DNA of 64,000 nucleotides from Rebecca billardiae RCC1528 (Eukaryota; Protista; Haptophyta). The notes below the pieces were generated by a model, which saw only the letters and a program-made list of their open reading frames with translations, was not told the origin of the DNA and made no database searches. Positions 58,577 through 64,000 of this stretch are shown here, piece by piece. The translations under genes and the position numbers were made by a program. Position 1 is the first letter of the stretch, and each line of letters starts with the position of its first letter. The stretch lies in NCBI GenBank assembly GCA_965240325.2, contig OZ251239.1, positions 1,364,001-1,428,000 on the forward strand, in the 5' to 3' direction.

Positions 58577-59325
58577 GTATATATATATACATATATGTCT
58601 AGCCGTCCTCGAAGCGCCTGCGCCATCCAGATCGGCAGCGAGGAGGCGAGGCACACGCCGGGCAGGGCGGAGCCACGCGGCGAGATACCAGACTTTATTA
58701 TACATTGTATCATATATATATATATCTGGGATTAATTTATTTGTTCCTCGGAAACAAAGTGCAAGCGGCAGCCAGCGCTCGGGCCGAGCGCGCGGCAGGA
58801 CTGGCCGCTCGACGCCGACAGACGCGCGGTGTGATGGATGGCGCAGCTCGAGAGCCGCCAAGCCGCACGAGAGCAAGGCACGAAGCACCATCGTGCAGAG
58901 GGCATCGCGAAGATGCGGGCCGGAAACAGCTGCAGCCATCATGTCAGTGGGCACTTCCGAAGGGCGTTCGCTGCGAGTGAGCGAGAGGCACTGGACTGCG
59001 TCGGTTCGCTCGGCGCCTGATGAAAAAACCCAGTTCACCAATTTGCCGTCCTGTGCCGCCGCCAACCTTGCTTATTTGCCTACTAAGGCCCAGGAGCATC
59101 ACAGCGAGTAGGTTGTTCGGGGTCGTTGTGCCAGAGCGCACTACAGAGCAGGCTCGAAAGTCCCTCGTGGCACGAGAAGAGGGTGGCCAAGATGGCAGCC
59201 GCGGACTTGAGCTCGGCCGCCTGGCTCGGGCCGAATGGCAGGCAGCAGGTGTTGATACGGCGCATTGCGCTCCCACCGTCCTCTTATTAGACAATATATC
59301 AGTTATTGTAGTGCCAATAACCCCG

Positions 59326-59732
<407 letters not shown>

Positions 59733-59879
59733 CGTCGTCGGACATCGCGTCGGTGAGCTGACTGGGACCGTCGGTAGTGCTGACAGCCCCGCCATCGTCA
59801 TCAGCCGATCACCGGTCTGGCGGTCAGCGCACAGCAGCAAGCGCGCGGATATGATACGATGACGACCGTTCGCAAGGCG

Positions 59880-61830
59880 TAGGTGGGTCCCTGGCGATTT
59901 TCCAGCGGTCTTTTAAACATTTACCGGGTTTTCTGGCCTGATTTCTTTCGCGCGGGGCGCGGCTCGGGAAAATCGCCGGGCCGCCGGCCGAGGTCCGATC
60001 TGAACGCTCCCGACGATGTCGGAGCGCCTCTCCAGCGCGACCGAGCCGCCGTGTGTCGGGTAGACCACAGCCAACACCTATCGCGCGCTCCAGCGCTTTG
60101 CGCGTGCTCACGGATGGGATCCGTGGTCACACATCCCCCGCCTGGCACGTGCCCGCATGTTTGACTCTCGCCCGGCTAGACGCGTACAGACAACTTGAAT
60201 CGATCGGCGGGTGTTCGACCCGTGCCTTCGAGCAGGGTCAGTTTTTGCCACATGCGGGTCAGGCGACGGGAGGCATGGGCCAGTGTCGTGCACGGGCATG
60301 CTCTTGACGCTCCCGCCATCTTGAGCAGCTCAACGCACCGTGAAGGTGACATTTGGGCTGTGCGCAAGCTGCTCGTGAGAACGCACGACAGCCAGCCCCG
60401 GGCTCTCGGGGAGCCATGTGAGCGATTGGCGACTTCCGAGAGGGCGTGTTTGGTGGGGGTTGGTACCAATCATCGACCAGCAGGCCTAGGATGGGTGCAC
60501 TGAGGACTTGGGATGCTGAGAAGCCGCCGCGATGTGCGGCGAGCACGCCGACTTGCCATCCGTGTGCACGATCCAGCGCCAGGAAGATCAGCAGGGCCTT
60601 TGACAGCGGCAGCAGGCGCTCAGCGATCCTTCCCTATGCCGAGTGTGGGCATAGTATGCGGTGCTCGAGGGTGGTCGCAGGATATGGGTCCATTCTTGAC
60701 AGAACGCGGTCGCGTTGACAGGCGCGGGTGCCACCCCACGCTGTTGCTCCTGCCATTGGGTGGTCCCACTCGTTCCGCTTGTGGTCTGCGAAGACTCGTA
60801 CTCAGCAACTCTACGGCTAGGCGTAGTAGACCCCTCAGACGCATGTCTGATGATTGCCCGGCACGTTCTCGTCGTCACGTTGGGTGTACTTGAGCGAGCG
60901 GAAGCCGCAACGTGATGGCTAGGCCAGCAGCTCAACCATCTGACGTCTCGCCGGCCAACTGGCTGAGTGCTCTCAGCCTAGCAGCAGCGTCGGTGAACCT
61001 ATCGTATTGCTGCCTGGCGAGAAGATGGTAGGAGGCATCGTCGGCGGCATGGGCTGCAGCTGCGGTAGTCATGGACTGGTGGCGGCCTCACGCGGGTGGG
61101 CATACGACGACCGGTGACACGCGGAGTACGAGCACGGAAGCCGCCGAACGCGGCAAGCTCCGGCGGTGGCGTTGGCTGATAGTCCAGCCTCGACGGCGGA
61201 GGGCTCCCGTGTGACGACGGTGGCATGCTCGGTGGCGGGCGATGGTGTGTGCCTCGGCACGCAGCCCGCCACAAACACTGCCACTCGCAGGCAGTCCGGT
61301 TGCGGCCCGGGTTGCCTGTGTCCGCGTCGCTCGGCGCCTATTCGATGACCCAACAAACGTACCCACATATCGGAACGAATTTGAATACATAGTGAACCGC
61401 ATCCACGGTCAATATAAAGTGGGTAACACTCATACTATATACGGGTAAGTGGCTATATATGAAGTGGGTAATATGCTCGATCTTGCTGTAGTTTGTTGGA
61501 GGTATCAGCGCACAGCATAGAGCCCCACTCTTTGCTTCATAAAATGGTTCGGTCGGGTGTCAACGGTTGTCAATAAGTAATTTCGACCGCATGTCGCCAT
61601 CTAGCCACCATAACCATGAAGTAACGCTTCGCAAAATCTCTATGTGACACTACTGGCGCGGCGCGCGCGCGCTCGGCCGCGCGACGGCACGCGGAGTAGG
61701 TTTTGAGGTCGAAACTTTTGCTCCGCCCCGATGGGACGCATTTATAGCGTCGATTCTGGGTGAGAGACAAAATCTAGGACGTCATTCTGAGTGCGCCAGA
61801 ATATCGCCCCAGTTGGGAGGGACCCACCTA
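59880..61830. mobile_element. Non-autonomous DNA transposon with 13-bp TIRs and a 7-bp TSD
   Basis: TAGGTGGGTCCCT (59880-59892) and AGGGACCCACCTA (61818-61830). CAAGGCG lies directly on both flanks (59873-59879, 61831-61837). Confidence 0.8.
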
Positions 61831-61877
61831 CAAGGCGGCGGCGCCACCGGGCCACGGGGTCGGGGTCGGGTCATCAC

Positions 61878-63419
61878 TCATTTGCCGCGGAAGGCAGCAT
61901 CGCCCGCGACGATCGCGGGCTCGACGTGGAAGTACCGCGCCGCGTTGCGGTCGACTGCGGCCTCGGCTGCGTCGTCTGTGCTCAGACTGCTCAGCGGCTC
62001 CGCCGCCCGGCTGTGGCTGTGGGCCTCGGCGCCGTCGCGGCTGCTGCTCCGGTGGCTGTGCGGGTGGCCGTGCCGGTGCGTGCCGCCGCTCTGCGGCTCT
62101 GGCGGCTCGGGCAGCCTGAGCTCGCCCGTCGCCGACCACCGCGTCGGCTGCGTCGCCTCGAGCGCCGCCGACTCGCTGGCCGGGTGTCTGGCGGGCGGCG
62201 CGGTCGCGGCCGCGTGGTGCGCGTGGTGCGCGGCGCGCGGCGGGAGCGGCGGGAGGCGCTTCGCGCCCATGCCGATCACGCTGGCCTGCGCGAACACGTT
62301 GTGCACCGAGTCGAACACGGGCGCGTCGCTCGCCACCGCGTGCAGCCGCCGCTCGAGCAGCAGGTGGCGCAGCGCCACGTCCAGAGGCCCCGCGGGGAGA
62401 GTGCCGAGCAGGTCGAAGAGCGCCGGCACCCGGTCCGTGTGCACGAGCAGCGCGGCGGTGCCGAGCGCGAAGGGCACGCGCTCCATCTCGAGGCCCGGCC
62501 AGCGCAGCGGGCTGCGCAGCGCGCCGCGCAGCTCCGCCGGCGTGTACAGCCGGCTGCCCGCCTGCAGCGCGGCGCCGCGCCCCTCGAAGAAGGCGAGCGT
62601 CCTCGAGTGGTTGAGGTTGCGACGCCGGCTCGAGTCCACCTTGGCCACGTGCAGCAGGGCGGGCGGGTAGTCGGCGGCGAAGGCGCAGTACGCGGCGCGC
62701 CAGCCGGGCACGGGCCGCGTGTCGTCCTCGAGCACGAGCACCACGCCCGTCTGCACCGCGCCCGAGCCCACGTGCTTCATCACGAGCCGCAGCGCGCGCA
62801 GGTGCGACAGGTAGTTGGACAGCTTCATGTCGCACGCGCTCGCGCCGGTGGAGACGTTGCCGTGCGCGCCGAGGAGCGCGGCGCCCTCGTACGGGTTGAG
62901 GTGGAGGCACTGCCCGCGCAGCACGCTCGCGCGCACGCAGCACTCCACGCCCACGCAGCCGCTCCCGCCGGACGACTCTGCGACCGCCGCCGAGCGCTCG
63001 CCCTCGCGCATCGCATCCGCGCACAGCTTGTGCTGCATGAGGGGCAGGAGCGGCAGCGGCACGCGCGTCGTGCCCGAGGGCGGCTCCGCGGGCTCGTCGG
63101 ACCGATCGCCAAGGCCCGCCCTCCGGATCGCGCGCCGCCACCCGCCGTGGGGCACCTCGACCGCGGGCACGCGCACCGGCCGGATGCCCGCGCGGATGAG
63201 CGCGTCTCGCGTCGCGAGATTGCGCTGCGGGTTGTCCCGGCGCGAGACGTAGTACGCCGTCAGCGGGTAGGGCACGCCGGACATGCACGTCCCGGGCGCG
63301 TCCTCGACGAACACGGACGGCGCCGTCAGCGCCCGCGCGCCCCAGGGCAGCGCCAGCAGCACGGCGAGCCGCCCGGCCGGCATCGTGCCGCCGACGACCA
63401 CCGGCGAGTTTTCGCTCAT
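61878..63419 (-). CDS. Glycosyltransferase family 25-like protein with an N-terminal hydrophobic segment
   Basis: AYYVSRRDNPQR..RVPAVE, NYLSHLRAL, VLVLEDD, GTAALLV and PLDVAL follow the GT25 motif order. Confidence 0.65.
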   Translation of the reverse strand: MSENSPVVVGGTMPAGRLAVLLALPWGARALTAPSVFVEDAPGTCMSGVPYPLTAYYVSRRDNPQRNLATRDALIRAGIRPVRVPAVEVPHGGWRRAIRRAGLGDRSDEPAEPPSGTTRVPLPLLPLMQHKLCADAMREGERSAAVAESSGGSGCVGVECCVRASVLRGQCLHLNPYEGAALLGAHGNVSTGASACDMKLSNYLSHLRALRLVMKHVGSGAVQTGVVLVLEDDTRPVPGWRAAYCAFAADYPPALLHVAKVDSSRRRNLNHSRTLAFFEGRGAALQAGSRLYTPAELRGALRSPLRWPGLEMERVPFALGTAALLVHTDRVPALFDLLGTLPAGPLDVALRHLLLERRLHAVASDAPVFDSVHNVFAQASVIGMGAKRLPPLPPRAAHHAHHAAATAPPARHPASESAALEATQPTRWSATGELRLPEPPEPQSGGTHRHGHPHSHRSSSRDGAEAHSHSRAAEPLSSLSTDDAAEAAVDRNAARYFHVEPAIVAGDAAFRGK

Positions 63420-63599
63420 CACGCCACCAGGCCGCCAACAGTCGGGACGATTCGATTGTATTTGTAGTAGTAGGAAGCTAGTACAGACTGTACTATTGAA
63501 TAAGTATTGTAGCGACAGTGAAGCGAGACGGTGATGACTGATCTGAAGCAGCGCAGTAGTTGCGCGCACAAGTGTGCGCGGCGGCGGTGCCTTCCGGAC

Positions 63600-64000
63600 T
63601 CACTCCACCGCCCCTCCGCGGCGCAGCAAGGGCAGCAGTTGCTGGGAGATCGGCGAGGGCGTGGCCACTGCTGCGCCGTCCTCGCCGGACTCTGGGAGCT
63701 GCACGGTGACGACGCTCGCAGACGCTGGGACCGCGCCGCCGTGGCCGAGCGCTGCCGTGTGCAGACCGCACGAGTACACTGCGCCCTCGGCCGTCACGTA
63801 CAGCGCGTGCTCGGCACCGAGCGCGCACGAGACCACGCGCTCGTGCGAGAGGGCGTGCACGCACACCGGTGACGGTGTCATGAAACCGAACATGAACACA
63901 TCGCCGAGCCCCAGTTGCCCATAGCGGTTCAAGCCAAACGTGTGCACGCTGCCGTCCGCGCCAACCACCGCGCTGTCGAGGACGCCGGCGTACGCGCGCA
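63600..64000 (-). CDS. C-terminal part of a third RCC1-repeat paralog (5' end outside the window)
   Basis: VGADGSVHTFGLNRYGQLGLG..HALYVTAEGAVYSCG matches the C-termini of the genes at 11199 and 12997. Confidence 0.8.
   Translation of the reverse strand, partial: RAYAGVLDSAVVGADGSVHTFGLNRYGQLGLGDVFMFGFMTPSPVCVHALSHERVVSCALGAEHALYVTAEGAVYSCGLHTAALGHGGAVPASASVVTVQLPESGEDGAAVATPSPISQQLLPLLRRGGAVE

Overview
Very GC-rich eukaryotic genomic DNA with short spliceosomal introns built from GC/CA-rich alternating sequence. By inference it looks like an alga or protist, possibly a haptophyte; this cannot be proven from the window. Most ORFs in the six-frame track are GC-bias shadows. Supported genes: a 5'-partial protein with a C-terminal GxSxG hydrolase-like domain, RIO1 kinase, a small THAP-like protein, three F-box-like/RCC1 paralogs (one frameshifted, one cut by the window end), an ABCC/MRP transporter, a PPR-TrmB fusion, S-adenosylhomocysteine hydrolase, SNAPC1, a GT25-like glycosyltransferase, and a ~3350-aa fusion of two CRAL-TRIO domains, a degenerate anoctamin-like region, an SMP domain and C2-like domains. 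The standout is a five-member intronless family. Each member has a variable array (4-9) of 38-aa EsV-1-7-type C-x4-C-x16-C-x2-H repeats, a bipartite NLS and a near-invariant C-terminal helical domain, and the copies show mosaic repeat shuffling, analogous to KRAB-ZFP/PRDM9/TALE arrays. The window also holds four putative non-autonomous mobile elements. One is a highly structured 1.64-kb element with 275-bp direct repeats and a hairpin array showing a compensatory change. No rRNA, tRNA or CRISPR array was recognised.
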